From Candidatus Poribacteria bacterium (GTDB lineage Bacteria > Poribacteria > WGA-4E > WGA-3G), in assembly GCA_022824265.1 (NCBI GenBank), contig JAJEAG010000021.1, positions 22,577 through 86,576 on the forward strand: DNA of 64,000 nucleotides. The letters run 5' to 3'. Shown piece by piece: positions 1-9,242 of this stretch. Within the stretch, counting starts at the first letter, position 1. Every line of letters starts with the position of its first letter. The notes beneath the pieces were generated by a model. It saw only the letters and a list, made by a program, of their open reading frames with translations, was not told the DNA's origin and ran no database searches. The translations under genes and the position numbers were made by a program.

Positions 1-334
1 TCTGTGGTTGCTACCGGGAAGTCATAAAGCGATGCATGACCCAAACCATGATGACCTGCGTTATCCGTATCAATATCCTGGTGCTTTGGAGGTGTGTGCC
101 TCTGCGGGAAGCGCGATTTTATTCCATAACGCACTGTGGCATTCTGCGGGTATATTTACCAAACCCGAAGGATGTCGCGAGATGCTGTATTACGCTTATG
201 AACATCCGTGGATGATTGCATCTCAGGAGCATTGGGGGTATCCAAAAGATTTCTACGATACGAAACTATCACCTGCGCAACGTAAGTTTTTTCACGGATT
301 TGTCTTTGATCCTCCTGAACAGAGATGGGGGTAG
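1..334 (+). CDS. PhyH (phytanoyl-CoA dioxygenase) family Fe(II)/2-oxoglutarate oxygenase, C-terminal fragment; the 5' end lies outside the window
   Basis: The frame is open from the window edge to the stop at 332-334. 'LPGSHK' and 'AILFHNALWHSAG' match motifs in the three complete PhyH paralogs of this window. Confidence 0.75.
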   Translation, partial: LWLLPGSHKAMHDPNHDDLRYPYQYPGALEVCASAGSAILFHNALWHSAGIFTKPEGCREMLYYAYEHPWMIASQEHWGYPKDFYDTKLSPAQRKFFHGFVFDPPEQRWG

Positions 335-355
335 TTTAGAGAAGGAGAATATATC

Positions 356-1234
356 ATGCGTTTAACTGAAACTGAGGTGTCGTTTTTCCACGATAACGGG
401 TATCTACTGCTTGAGGATGTGTTAGATGAAAATGACCTTGATCCTGTGATTGAAGAGTATTCAACATTAATCGCTGAACGGGCAGAAAAATTGCACAATG
501 ATGGTCAAGTTACCTCTACACACACTGATAAACCATTCACTGAACGACTACTTCATCTCGCTGCAGAAGCACCTGAGGTTACTGCAGATTTGGACATTAT
601 GCGTGCCCGTGGTGAAGCAACATTTAACTTTCTCAGAAACCAAAAAATCCTTGACCTTGCAGAGTCATTTGTTGGTTCAGAGATTGTCTGTAATCCCATA
701 CAACACATCCGTGCAATATTACCGATAAAGGAATCTGAACGTCTTCCCACGCCTTGGCATCAGGATGCAGGTGTCTGTTGGCCCGATACAGACTCCTATT
801 TCATGCTTACAATTTGGATACCGATTGTAGATGCGACTTTGGAAAATGGGTGCCTACAAGTGTTACCCGGAAGTCATAAGTTTGGATTATTTCCACATGC
901 TTGGAATCAAGCTGGATTGGCAGTTCCACCGGAACATCAACCGCCAGACCTGACACCGAAGGAGTTACCGATACGTGCTGGAGGAGTAATACTTTTTCAC
1001 AATTACACGTTACACAGCGCAAAACCGAATGAGTCGGATACTGTCCGATGGAGTTTTGATCTGCGTTATCACGATGTATATCAACCGACAGGAAGACCTT
1101 ATTATCCTGCGTTTCTGATGCGGAGTCGAATGCGTCCAGAAGCATGTGATACAGATTACGAAACGTGGTGTAAACGATGGGAATTTGCGCTTGAAAATTC
1201 CAAAGGTGTACAGGCTTACCGTTGGAAACGGTAG
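356..1234 (+). CDS. PhyH family dioxygenase
   Basis: 292-aa ORF with a GAAGGAG RBS about 8 nt upstream of the ATG. Family hallmarks present: 'FFHDNGYLLLEDVL', 'PWHQDAG' (HxD), 'VLPGSHKFG' and 'ILFHNYTLHSAKPN' (distal His). Confidence 0.85.
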   Translation: MRLTETEVSFFHDNGYLLLEDVLDENDLDPVIEEYSTLIAERAEKLHNDGQVTSTHTDKPFTERLLHLAAEAPEVTADLDIMRARGEATFNFLRNQKILDLAESFVGSEIVCNPIQHIRAILPIKESERLPTPWHQDAGVCWPDTDSYFMLTIWIPIVDATLENGCLQVLPGSHKFGLFPHAWNQAGLAVPPEHQPPDLTPKELPIRAGGVILFHNYTLHSAKPNESDTVRWSFDLRYHDVYQPTGRPYYPAFLMRSRMRPEACDTDYETWCKRWEFALENSKGVQAYRWKR

Positions 1235-1250
1235 AAACGAGGAGTAAAAC

Positions 1251-1670
1251 GTGCTTGAGATTTCAGATCTTCCAACTGTCAATGCGACATTAAACTCTAT
1301 CAGTGCTATTTTCTTGATAGTAGGATATGTATTTATTCGACAAAGGAAAATATCAGCACATCAGAAGTGCATGCTTTCTGCCTTTGGTGTGTCGGTGCTA
1401 TTTCTGATTAGTTATTGTATATATCATGCGAATGCAGGGTCAACAAAATTTACACAAGAGGGATTGATACGACTTGTCTACTTTACGATCCTTATTTCAC
1501 ATATTATCTTGGCGTTTGTAATAGTTCCGCTGGCAATCGTCACGTTATACTTCGCATGGCGTAAAAGGTTTGATAAACACCGTCGAATTGCAAAAGTCAC
1601 TTTACCGATATGGCTTTATGTTTCTGTGACTGGCGTGGTTATCTATCTAATGTTGTATCAGATGGGGTAA
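1251..1670 (+). CDS. DUF420-type small integral membrane protein
   Basis: 139 aa with a GTG start after a GAGGAG RBS and four hydrophobic helices. 'NATLNSISAIFLIVGYVFIRQRK..H' and conserved His-containing helices look like DUF420. This is recognised from memory, not searched. Confidence 0.6.
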   Translation: MLEISDLPTVNATLNSISAIFLIVGYVFIRQRKISAHQKCMLSAFGVSVLFLISYCIYHANAGSTKFTQEGLIRLVYFTILISHIILAFVIVPLAIVTLYFAWRKRFDKHRRIAKVTLPIWLYVSVTGVVIYLMLYQMG

Positions 1671-1685
1671 ATAGGAGATTTACCT

Positions 1686-4019
1686 ATGCGACTAACACGC
1701 GTTTTATTTATTACAATTCTGCTTCTCAGCGCACTTTTACTATCATACACCTTCGCAGAAGACTACACACAATGGGGATTGCCTGAAGGTGCGAAGTTCA
1801 GACTTGGAAAAGGTGAACTCAAAAATTTCAGAGGAAGAACTCAATACCAGTTTACTCCAGATAGCAGTCAACTCATTGTAATCAGTTCGATTGGAATTTG
1901 GCGATACGATGTACATACAGGAAAAGAACTTAGTTTAACGTCTAAATACTTGGATCAAATGGATGAATTTATTGTTCTCAGTCCAGATTCAACGACTTTC
2001 ATTGATATCGGTAATGGATTGAACCGAAACAAGATTGAATTGTGGGATTTACATAGTGATGAACTTAGAAATACCTTTGAAAACCCATCTGGTGAAGTGA
2101 ATTCATTAGCGTACCATCCGAATGGTCGAATGTTCGTCAGTGGTGATTCTGAAGGGGTAATACGGTTATGGGACATTGAGAATGGAGAAAACCAAGAATT
2201 TCTAAGACTACAGCAACGTATTAGCAAGGTCGCTTTTAGTCCTGATGGAATGGCAATTATGTGTTGGAGCGATGGGATTATTCAGTTATTTGAGACCAAA
2301 ACAGGAAAAGCCATATCGAAATTAGAAAAGATGGAGGATATTGATCATATTTACTTCGGTCCCAATTGGAAACTTCTCGTTGGTGAGAAAAATAGAGAGA
2401 TTAGAATTTGGGATGGTGAAAGTGGTAAGGTAAAAATAAAGTTGGACTATCCCAATTGGGATAAACGTTACGCACTTTCCCTTGACGGAAAAACTATCGC
2501 GGATACAAAAAATAATGATTCAACAGTCCGGTTGTTGGATATACACACAGGTGGGATAATAAATACATTCACAGGCGAAAATATGAGAAGCCGTGTTCAG
2601 TCTATAGCATTTAGTCCTGATGGACAGACGATTGCGATTGCAAGTTATGGTGAGATTCGGTTGTGGGATACGGACTCAGGTATACATAAAGCAACCCTAA
2701 ATGGAATAGGATCTTTTTACAATCTTCTATTTAGTCCTGATGGACACACGTTTGCAGCGCGAGGTCACACATCCAAAAGAGAAACTGGACTTTATTTATG
2801 GGATATTGACTCAACAGATCTTCAAAAATCCAAACTGAAGCATTTCATTACCGGACATAAGCATTTCATTACCGGACATAACAATAAAATATCTTGCTTA
2901 TCCTTTAGTCCGGATGGACAAAAACTTGCAAGTGGACATGATCACTTAGTACGGTTGTGGGACGTTTCTGATGGAAAACATATAACTACAGGTCATGGAC
3001 ATCCAGTTCAAGTAAATGTTCGGTCTGTAGGTTTTTCTCCAGATGGAAACAAACTTGCGAGTTTATGCTTGACTTTTCAAAGTTCTAATTCAAATGCAGA
3101 GGTGCTTTTATGGGACGCTGCTACTGGTGAATATCAAGTTACCTTAAAGGGACATGGCAAAGCTATTGGAAAATCTCGTCCGTGGCACTCAAATAGCATG
3201 GTATTTACTTCCGATGGTAAAAGACTTGTAAGTGGAAGTCTTGATGGGACTGTTCGTTATTGGAATCCAAGAACAAAAGCACGAGATTCATTCTTTCATA
3301 ATATTTGGGGTTTAAATTTTGGGCACCACAAAACAACCTTAAAAGGTCACAAGAATCATGTGCTTTCTGTTGCATTAAGTCCTGATGGAAGTATGCTTGC
3401 CTCTGGCAGTGCGGATCATACGGTCCGTCTATGGGATGTACGTAAACACAAACTAATTGCAACGCTTGGAGAAATTGATGAGAATGCAGATACAGTTAAT
3501 CCAGACATTTTCAAAGGTATACCAATAACAAAGAACGCAACAATTATAAAAGATAACAGTGGTGCTATACATAGCCTTGCTTTCACTCCCGATGGGAAGA
3601 CACTTATAGCAGGTGCCAAAGAGAGGATAGTCCTTTGGAATATTCTCACAACTAAACGGACACTTTCCGTTACTTTGAAAAGTAATAATACTGCTACGGA
3701 ATATATAACTGCCGTCCACAACTATAAGGATGTTTCAACAACAAAGCCAAGCAACATTCAGATTGGTAATCCAAATAATGTTCAATTCCGTCAGACATCA
3801 ATCACAACTTTTGCACTTTGTCCTGATGGTAGTACACTTGCAGTTGGCTCTCCAATGGGAGGAATTGTATTGTTGGATATTCCTACATTTAATGTTAAAA
3901 AAACCTATTTACATAGACCTATGGGATGGGTAATGGATCTATCATTTAATCCGGATGGTTCTTTACTTGCGAGCGGAAGTATGGACGGTACTGTTCTTAT
4001 TTGGGAGTTAGAAAAATAA
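1686..4019 (+). CDS. Exported WD40-repeat protein (777 aa)
   Basis: The N-terminal signal-like segment is 'LLLSALLLSYTFA|EDY'. Many blades follow, with 'FSPDG..LASGS.DGT[IV]RLWD' signatures. Confidence 0.9.
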   Translation: MRLTRVLFITILLLSALLLSYTFAEDYTQWGLPEGAKFRLGKGELKNFRGRTQYQFTPDSSQLIVISSIGIWRYDVHTGKELSLTSKYLDQMDEFIVLSPDSTTFIDIGNGLNRNKIELWDLHSDELRNTFENPSGEVNSLAYHPNGRMFVSGDSEGVIRLWDIENGENQEFLRLQQRISKVAFSPDGMAIMCWSDGIIQLFETKTGKAISKLEKMEDIDHIYFGPNWKLLVGEKNREIRIWDGESGKVKIKLDYPNWDKRYALSLDGKTIADTKNNDSTVRLLDIHTGGIINTFTGENMRSRVQSIAFSPDGQTIAIASYGEIRLWDTDSGIHKATLNGIGSFYNLLFSPDGHTFAARGHTSKRETGLYLWDIDSTDLQKSKLKHFITGHKHFITGHNNKISCLSFSPDGQKLASGHDHLVRLWDVSDGKHITTGHGHPVQVNVRSVGFSPDGNKLASLCLTFQSSNSNAEVLLWDAATGEYQVTLKGHGKAIGKSRPWHSNSMVFTSDGKRLVSGSLDGTVRYWNPRTKARDSFFHNIWGLNFGHHKTTLKGHKNHVLSVALSPDGSMLASGSADHTVRLWDVRKHKLIATLGEIDENADTVNPDIFKGIPITKNATIIKDNSGAIHSLAFTPDGKTLIAGAKERIVLWNILTTKRTLSVTLKSNNTATEYITAVHNYKDVSTTKPSNIQIGNPNNVQFRQTSITTFALCPDGSTLAVGSPMGGIVLLDIPTFNVKKTYLHRPMGWVMDLSFNPDGSLLASGSMDGTVLIWELEK
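2838..2879 (+). repeat. Perfect in-frame 21-bp tandem duplication (2 x AAGCATTTCATTACCGGACAT) inside the WD40 gene
   Basis: Read directly from the sequence. It encodes KHFITGH-KHFITGH. Confidence 0.95.
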
Positions 4020-4041
4020 ATTACATAAGGAGTATTGACCA

Positions 4042-6258
4042 ATGAATAAAATATATAGATCCATAATGATACTGCTCTTGATTAACATAATGTCTCTCTC
4101 GTCTGCTTTTGCAGAAGACTACACACGTTGGGAACTACCAGAAGGTGCGAAGTTAAGGCTTGGGAAGGGAAAAATTCCTACAAACCGACTAAACCAATTT
4201 CCTCCATATATTTTTTCACCTGACAGCACGAAGTTCGCAGTGATGAGTTCACTTGGAATTTGGTTATACGATGTTCAGACAGGTAAAGAACTCGCTCTTT
4301 TACCAATAGCATTGAATCATATCAGTTGGCAGTTAGCATTCATGCCTAACAGTAATATTTTCGCAAGTGGAGACGTAAAAGGAGATATTCATTTCTGGAA
4401 TATCATTTCCAAGAAACATATAAAAATAATTACAGGTCACGCGCATTCGATTACAGGAATCTGCTTTAATTCCGATGGAAGTGTGCTTGTTTCAGGAAGT
4501 GGAGACGAGACGATACGATTGTGGGATACTAACACCGGACATTATAAGACAATTAATGTTGGGTATAGACCTGACACGGTTCTGTTGAGTCCTGATGGAA
4601 TGACACTCGCAACTTCTGGTTGGGAAGGTATCATGCTATGGAACGTAAATACTGGTGAACTCAAACATAGATTAGAAAATACAATATATAGCTTCCGAGT
4701 TAAATTTAGTCCTGATGGAAAGCTACTCGCAAGTAGTAAAGGTGAAGACACACTGTTATGGAATGTTGAAACAGGAAAAATCAAGATGAAATTCAAGGAT
4801 ACAAAGGAAAGGACTTCTATTGCATTCTCACCTGATGGCAAATGGTTTGCTACTATAGGAAAAAATCGCTATACAGTTCAATTGTGGGAGGTCCATACCG
4901 GAAAACTGAAAGATACATTTGAAGGAACACCCGATTATGTTGATATAATTGTGACCAATGAGGATGGTAAGAAAGAAAAGATCAAAGAAAATGGCAATAT
5001 AGTGAACACTTTTAAGTTTAGTCCTGATGGAAAGACCCTTGCTGTCTCTTATGTGAATGAGGAGATATTGTTGTGGGACATTCTCACTGGTCAACGGCAA
5101 ACAAAGCTTGAAGGTACACGGAATGTGTATGACTTGATGTTTAGTCCTGATGGACAGACCCTTGTTTCAAGGAATCAATACGGTATTTGTTTATCGAACA
5201 TAAACACAAAAAATATAGTAAAATCTGAACTGCGCCAAATGATTACGGGGCATCACTCAAATGCAAAATCTGTTGCATTTAGTCCTGATGGACAAACAAT
5301 GGCAAGCGGACATAGGGATTCACTTCAGCTGTGGAATACTACAACAGGTAAAATCAAACTAAGATTCAAAGAAACATTTTATCAGTCAGATATTCAGTCC
5401 GTGGCTTTCTCTCCGAATGGAAAAGTCATTGCCAGTTTAAGTCCTGATTATACGTATTTAGATGTGAACCTGTGGAATGCTGCCTCCGGAGAACACATAG
5501 TTGCCTTCAATGGACACGGTGAGAATAATAGGAAGGATTCTTCCCACCCATATACCAGGAACATTGCTTTTAGTCCAGACGGGAAAAATCTTGTCAGTGG
5601 TAGTCCTGATAATTTGGTGCGGATGTGGGATGTAAAGATTGCAATAAGTAACTCACACATTGATCCGTTTCGAGAACGTATCAGAGGTATTCAGACAGCT
5701 GTGTTTAAAGGACATACGGACCATATTTTATCGGTTGCATTTAGTCCTGATGGGCAGGTTCTTGCAAGCGGCAGTTCTGACAAAACTATCCGACTTTGGG
5801 ATGTCAACAAACGGAAACAAATTGCAACCCTTGAAGGACATACAGAAGAAGTTCTTACTGTTACCTTTAGTCCCGATGGTAAGACTCTTGCCAGTGGATG
5901 TCGTCACGGTTCTATACATTTGTGGGATGCTCACACCGGTAAACACAAGATTTCACTTATTGGAAATAGATTATTTTCTACACCTCCGTCTCTTCCTCCT
6001 AAAAAAGATGATCCACCTCATATTACTGGCAGGGGACGTGGTGATGTTTCCTCACTGATATTCAGTCCAGATGGGAATATTCTTGTCAATGGAAATAGAT
6101 ATGGAACAATTCACTTCTGGGACATAAAAACAAGACAGATCAAGTCATCTTTCTCAGGTCAAGGTGGTTTGAATTCTCTTGCTTTCAGTCCTGATGGACG
6201 CACACTTGCAAGTGGCAGTTCGGATGGGACAGTGCTTATATGGGATGTCAAACCCTAA
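4042..6258 (+). CDS. Exported WD40-repeat protein (738 aa), paralog of 1686-4019
   Basis: The signal-like N-terminus is 'SLSSAFA|EDY'. It shares the post-signal box 'AEDYT[QR]W[GE]LPEGAK[FL]RLGKG' with the upstream gene and has repeated 'FSPDGQ.LASGS.D.TIRLWD' blades. Confidence 0.9.
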   Translation: MNKIYRSIMILLLINIMSLSSAFAEDYTRWELPEGAKLRLGKGKIPTNRLNQFPPYIFSPDSTKFAVMSSLGIWLYDVQTGKELALLPIALNHISWQLAFMPNSNIFASGDVKGDIHFWNIISKKHIKIITGHAHSITGICFNSDGSVLVSGSGDETIRLWDTNTGHYKTINVGYRPDTVLLSPDGMTLATSGWEGIMLWNVNTGELKHRLENTIYSFRVKFSPDGKLLASSKGEDTLLWNVETGKIKMKFKDTKERTSIAFSPDGKWFATIGKNRYTVQLWEVHTGKLKDTFEGTPDYVDIIVTNEDGKKEKIKENGNIVNTFKFSPDGKTLAVSYVNEEILLWDILTGQRQTKLEGTRNVYDLMFSPDGQTLVSRNQYGICLSNINTKNIVKSELRQMITGHHSNAKSVAFSPDGQTMASGHRDSLQLWNTTTGKIKLRFKETFYQSDIQSVAFSPNGKVIASLSPDYTYLDVNLWNAASGEHIVAFNGHGENNRKDSSHPYTRNIAFSPDGKNLVSGSPDNLVRMWDVKIAISNSHIDPFRERIRGIQTAVFKGHTDHILSVAFSPDGQVLASGSSDKTIRLWDVNKRKQIATLEGHTEEVLTVTFSPDGKTLASGCRHGSIHLWDAHTGKHKISLIGNRLFSTPPSLPPKKDDPPHITGRGRGDVSSLIFSPDGNILVNGNRYGTIHFWDIKTRQIKSSFSGQGGLNSLAFSPDGRTLASGSSDGTVLIWDVKP

Positions 6259-6283
6259 AAGGATTGTCTAATGTTAAATCTTT

Positions 6284-7180
6284 TTATTTAGCAAATGGAC
6301 GGAAACCTCGTACCATTAGACCACGATCACTGTTGGCTTTCTTCGCTTCTTCTGCTGCGGCAGCACGTTTTTCTGCTTCTGCTCGATTTTCTGTAGTTGT
6401 TCCACCGATTATTACAAAGTCATCGGTTCGACGGTAACGGTTGATAAAGACCGGACGCGGTTTGTCAGACATATTTTGTTTTGAACCGTGTACAGTCTTG
6501 ACATTGAAAAAGATAGAATCTCCCGCATTTCCAATCACGGGAAGTGCGCTCTCCCAGGGCCACTCATCTTCCTCTAAACCGAGATGTGAGAATGTATCAA
6601 CATGTTTGAGTTGTCCAAGACGATGTGATCCTGGTACTACGTATAATGCACCGTTCACAAGGTCGGTATCCACAACATAGTTCAAGATACCTACTGGACC
6701 TTGATACCGATGCTCAAAATAAGCAGAATCTTGATGTAGGTGTTTGGGATGTCCGCCAACAGGTTCCTTGTAGAGACACTGTCCATTACCGAAAATCTCA
6801 ACGTTTGGACCAAGAATTGCTTCAACGATTTTGACGGCATTTTCATCAAAAGCTGAATGGAAAAATGCTGCACTTGACTGATAGTTAATTGCCAAAACCA
6901 TTATCTGCTTGTCTCGATCATACCCTTGTGGGGCAGGAATGAAAAGCGTCCCGTTGGGTGTTCTCCACCCTTCAACAATCTGTTGCGCCTGATCAAGAAG
7001 TGATAAGGATTCTGATGCTGCAGCTTCTATATCCTGATGGATTTGCTTAATATAAGGCTTCATCAAACCTCGTACGACGAGGCAGCCGTGTTCCTCAAAT
7101 ATATCTGCAGCCTCTTGGAAGTCCAATTTATCAACAGACATTTCAATGTCTTCTATTTTTACATCTGATTCACGTTCCAC
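6284..7180 (-). CDS. PhyH family dioxygenase
   Basis: 298 aa with a GTG start preceded by an AAGGAGAG RBS. Motifs present: 'HLHQDSAYF' (HxD), 'VVPGSHRLGQL' and 'FFNVKTVHGSKQN'. Confidence 0.8.
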   Translation of the reverse strand: MERESDVKIEDIEMSVDKLDFQEAADIFEEHGCLVVRGLMKPYIKQIHQDIEAAASESLSLLDQAQQIVEGWRTPNGTLFIPAPQGYDRDKQIMVLAINYQSSAAFFHSAFDENAVKIVEAILGPNVEIFGNGQCLYKEPVGGHPKHLHQDSAYFEHRYQGPVGILNYVVDTDLVNGALYVVPGSHRLGQLKHVDTFSHLGLEEDEWPWESALPVIGNAGDSIFFNVKTVHGSKQNMSDKPRPVFINRYRRTDDFVIIGGTTTENRAEAEKRAAAAEEAKKANSDRGLMVRGFRPFAK

Positions 7181-7257
7181 TTATTTCTCTCCTTAAATAT
7201 TTACATCTGTAAGCAGGTTACAAGAATATCGGTATATGTTCAATATAAACCTTCACA

Positions 7258-7626
7258 TTATCCCCATTTAGGTCTGCGTCCAGTTAATTTCTCTAAATAA
7301 TCTGCTGTTTTCTTTACATCATTTTTTAGTTGTTTTGCTGCTTTTAACTTTTGTACTTCATCAGTTCGATATCGGACTCGGTAGGTTCCTTTTTCAAGTG
7401 GTCTCAGCGCATACTCTCCTGGTACGTTTCGGTTAACATAGGACAACATATTACGTATCAACCAATAGACATCTGATGGAGAAAATCGTAATTGACAATA
7501 TTGTGAATTATCTTTAACCGAATTCAATGTTTTTTGCACAAATTCAACAACTTCAGCAAGGGTATAGGTTCTATTTTCTTCCAATTTAATGTGATTCAAT
7601 TCCGGTTTGAATTTAGTCTGACTCAT
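7258..7626 (-). CDS. Hypothetical protein (122 aa)
   Basis: The ORF has an AAGGAG RBS and starts 10 nt downstream of the xdhC-like stop, so it is probably co-transcribed. I recognise no family. Confidence 0.55.
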   Translation of the reverse strand: MSQTKFKPELNHIKLEENRTYTLAEVVEFVQKTLNSVKDNSQYCQLRFSPSDVYWLIRNMLSYVNRNVPGEYALRPLEKGTYRVRYRTDEVQKLKAAKQLKNDVKKTADYLEKLTGRRPKWG

Positions 7627-7636
7627 TTCCTACTCC

Positions 7637-8737
7637 TTATAACTTAATTGTAGGCATCCGAAGGGCTTGTGATTCTGAAGGTTGCATACCATCTGAACAA
7701 TTACGTATCTGAATAAGTTGAGATGCGATGCTTACCGCAATTTCAGGTACAGTCTTTGAGTTTATGTCTAATCCGATAGGTGCATATACTCGCTGCAATT
7801 TTTCTTGCGGAATACCGATGTCTAATAAATCATCAAAAATCAGTTTTATTTTCCGACGACTTCCAATTAATCCGATATATCTTGCATTAGATTCAACGAC
7901 ACTGTGAAGTGCAGACTCATCGTGTTGGTGTCCCCGGGTGACAATTACCACGTAGGTAAGATGGTTTTTAGGATATTTTTGAAGTTCTTCAGCAATATCA
8001 CCGATGATAATTTCGTCTGCTTCGGGGAGTCGTTCCGCCGATGCAAAATCTGCTCTATCATCAACAATAACAATATCAAAGTCCAACCAACTACCTATAT
8101 GGCAGAGAGCCTGTCCGACATGTCCAGCACCTGCTATTAGTAGAGTTGGTCGCGGTTGTAGCGGTTCCAGAAAGACTGAAGTAGTATCGTCTTGTTGAAA
8201 CAAACCTGCACTGTTTTTTTCAAGGATATCGGTAATTTGGTTTTCCACATCGGCTTCCAATGCCGTATTTCCCAAGGTGCCGATCCGTTCACCGTTTGTA
8301 GCAAATATCATTTTCATGCCGATTTTAGCAGTTTGATTATTGCTTTTCACAACTGTTGCACACATAAGGGGAATCTTTTCAGCATTTAGTTCCTGAAGTC
8401 GGTTAAACATTTCTGCTTCAGAACGAGTTTGTGGTAGGTCAATGAAGATTTTCATATTTCCGCCGCAGATTAAACCATCGTCCCATCCGTAATCACTATC
8501 CAACTGGAATTCCAGCAGTCGTGGGTTTCCATCTTGCATTAATCCGATGGCTTGTCGTCTTGCTTCTGCCTCAACACAACCACCCCCAAGTGTGCCAATA
8601 TTTCGTAAATCAGGAAGTATCAGGAGCTTTGCACCGGGTTTTTGTGGAGTAGAACCTTTGGTTTCAACGACAGTACAGTATGCACCGACTTGCTCTGATG
8701 CTATTAATTCTGGGATTTTTTGATATATCGCTCTCAT
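7637..8737 (-). CDS. XdhC/CoxI family molybdoenzyme maturation (accessory) protein
   Basis: The N-terminal XdhC_CoxI-like region is 'AYCTVVETKGSTPQKPGAKLLI'. The C-terminal Rossmann-like region is 'LLIAGAGHVGQAL'. No xanthine dehydrogenase or CO dehydrogenase subunits are nearby. Confidence 0.8.
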   Translation of the reverse strand: MRAIYQKIPELIASEQVGAYCTVVETKGSTPQKPGAKLLILPDLRNIGTLGGGCVEAEARRQAIGLMQDGNPRLLEFQLDSDYGWDDGLICGGNMKIFIDLPQTRSEAEMFNRLQELNAEKIPLMCATVVKSNNQTAKIGMKMIFATNGERIGTLGNTALEADVENQITDILEKNSAGLFQQDDTTSVFLEPLQPRPTLLIAGAGHVGQALCHIGSWLDFDIVIVDDRADFASAERLPEADEIIIGDIAEELQKYPKNHLTYVVIVTRGHQHDESALHSVVESNARYIGLIGSRRKIKLIFDDLLDIGIPQEKLQRVYAPIGLDINSKTVPEIAVSIASQLIQIRNCSDGMQPSESQALRMPTIKL

Positions 8738-8840
8738 CAGTACTTAATTACTTGTTTCACGCATTATGTCGAATCAAGCTATCTCTGTGTAGGAGTAAGT
8801 AAGAATTGTTTATTTTATCTAATTTCCTTTAGGCGTCCAA

Positions 8841-8868
8841 CCCCGTCTTTTAAGGCGGGGATGTGACA
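8841..8868 (-). repeat. GC-stem hairpin element, copy 1 (CCCCG-N10-CGGGG followed by ATGTGACA on the + strand)
   Basis: It lies 7 nt downstream of the stop of the minus-strand ORF 8875-9183. The related copy is at 9212-9242. It could act as a weak intrinsic terminator on the minus strand. Confidence 0.5.
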
Positions 8869-8874
8869 TCTGCT

Positions 8875-9183
8875 TTAGCATTTTTTCTTGACAGCAAACG
8901 CCAAGTCTGTTAATCTGTTCGTAGCAGCCGGCATTAGTTGTGATTGATGTTGTGGTAGACAGCTAAGCAGTGAAACAATCACGTAAAAGCCTTGCGATTC
9001 AAGACTGCTAAAGTTCTTTGTAACATCTATTGCACGTTCAGGGAAAGCAGCGTAACAACTCATCCCGTCTAAATCACGTGTGCTAATCGTTTTTAAGACC
9101 TCCTTTGGAGGTGCAGTTGGGACATCAACTGTTGGAGTAGGCTTTGTCAGACTTTCTTTGAAAGCAAAGGTCATTGATCCCAC
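8875..9183 (-). CDS. Hypothetical small protein (102 aa); coding status uncertain
   Basis: This is the only sizeable ORF between two copies of the hairpin element. It has a GTG start and no recognisable motif. Confidence 0.35.
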   Translation of the reverse strand: MGSMTFAFKESLTKPTPTVDVPTAPPKEVLKTISTRDLDGMSCYAAFPERAIDVTKNFSSLESQGFYVIVSLLSCLPQHQSQLMPAATNRLTDLAFAVKKKC

Positions 9184-9211
9184 GATCTACCCTGTGTGAG
9201 GGGACTAAGAA

Positions 9212-9242
9212 TCCCCCACGCTTTAGCAGGGGGAGTATGTCA
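9212..9242 (-). repeat. GC-stem hairpin element, copy 2 (TCCCCC-N11-GGGGGA followed by GTATGTCA on the + strand)
   Basis: It overlaps the TGA stop (9240-9242) of the MDH-like ORF. The stem type and 3' flank match copy 1. Confidence 0.5.

Noticed and set aside
1686-6258. A near-identical 15-mer, TTTAGTCCTGATGGA, recurring roughly every 120-130 nt, which looks superficially like a CRISPR-type array.
   Set aside because: Every occurrence is in frame and encodes the 'FSPDG' start of a WD40 blade, and the 'spacers' are the rest of each blade. It is a coding repeat, not CRISPR.
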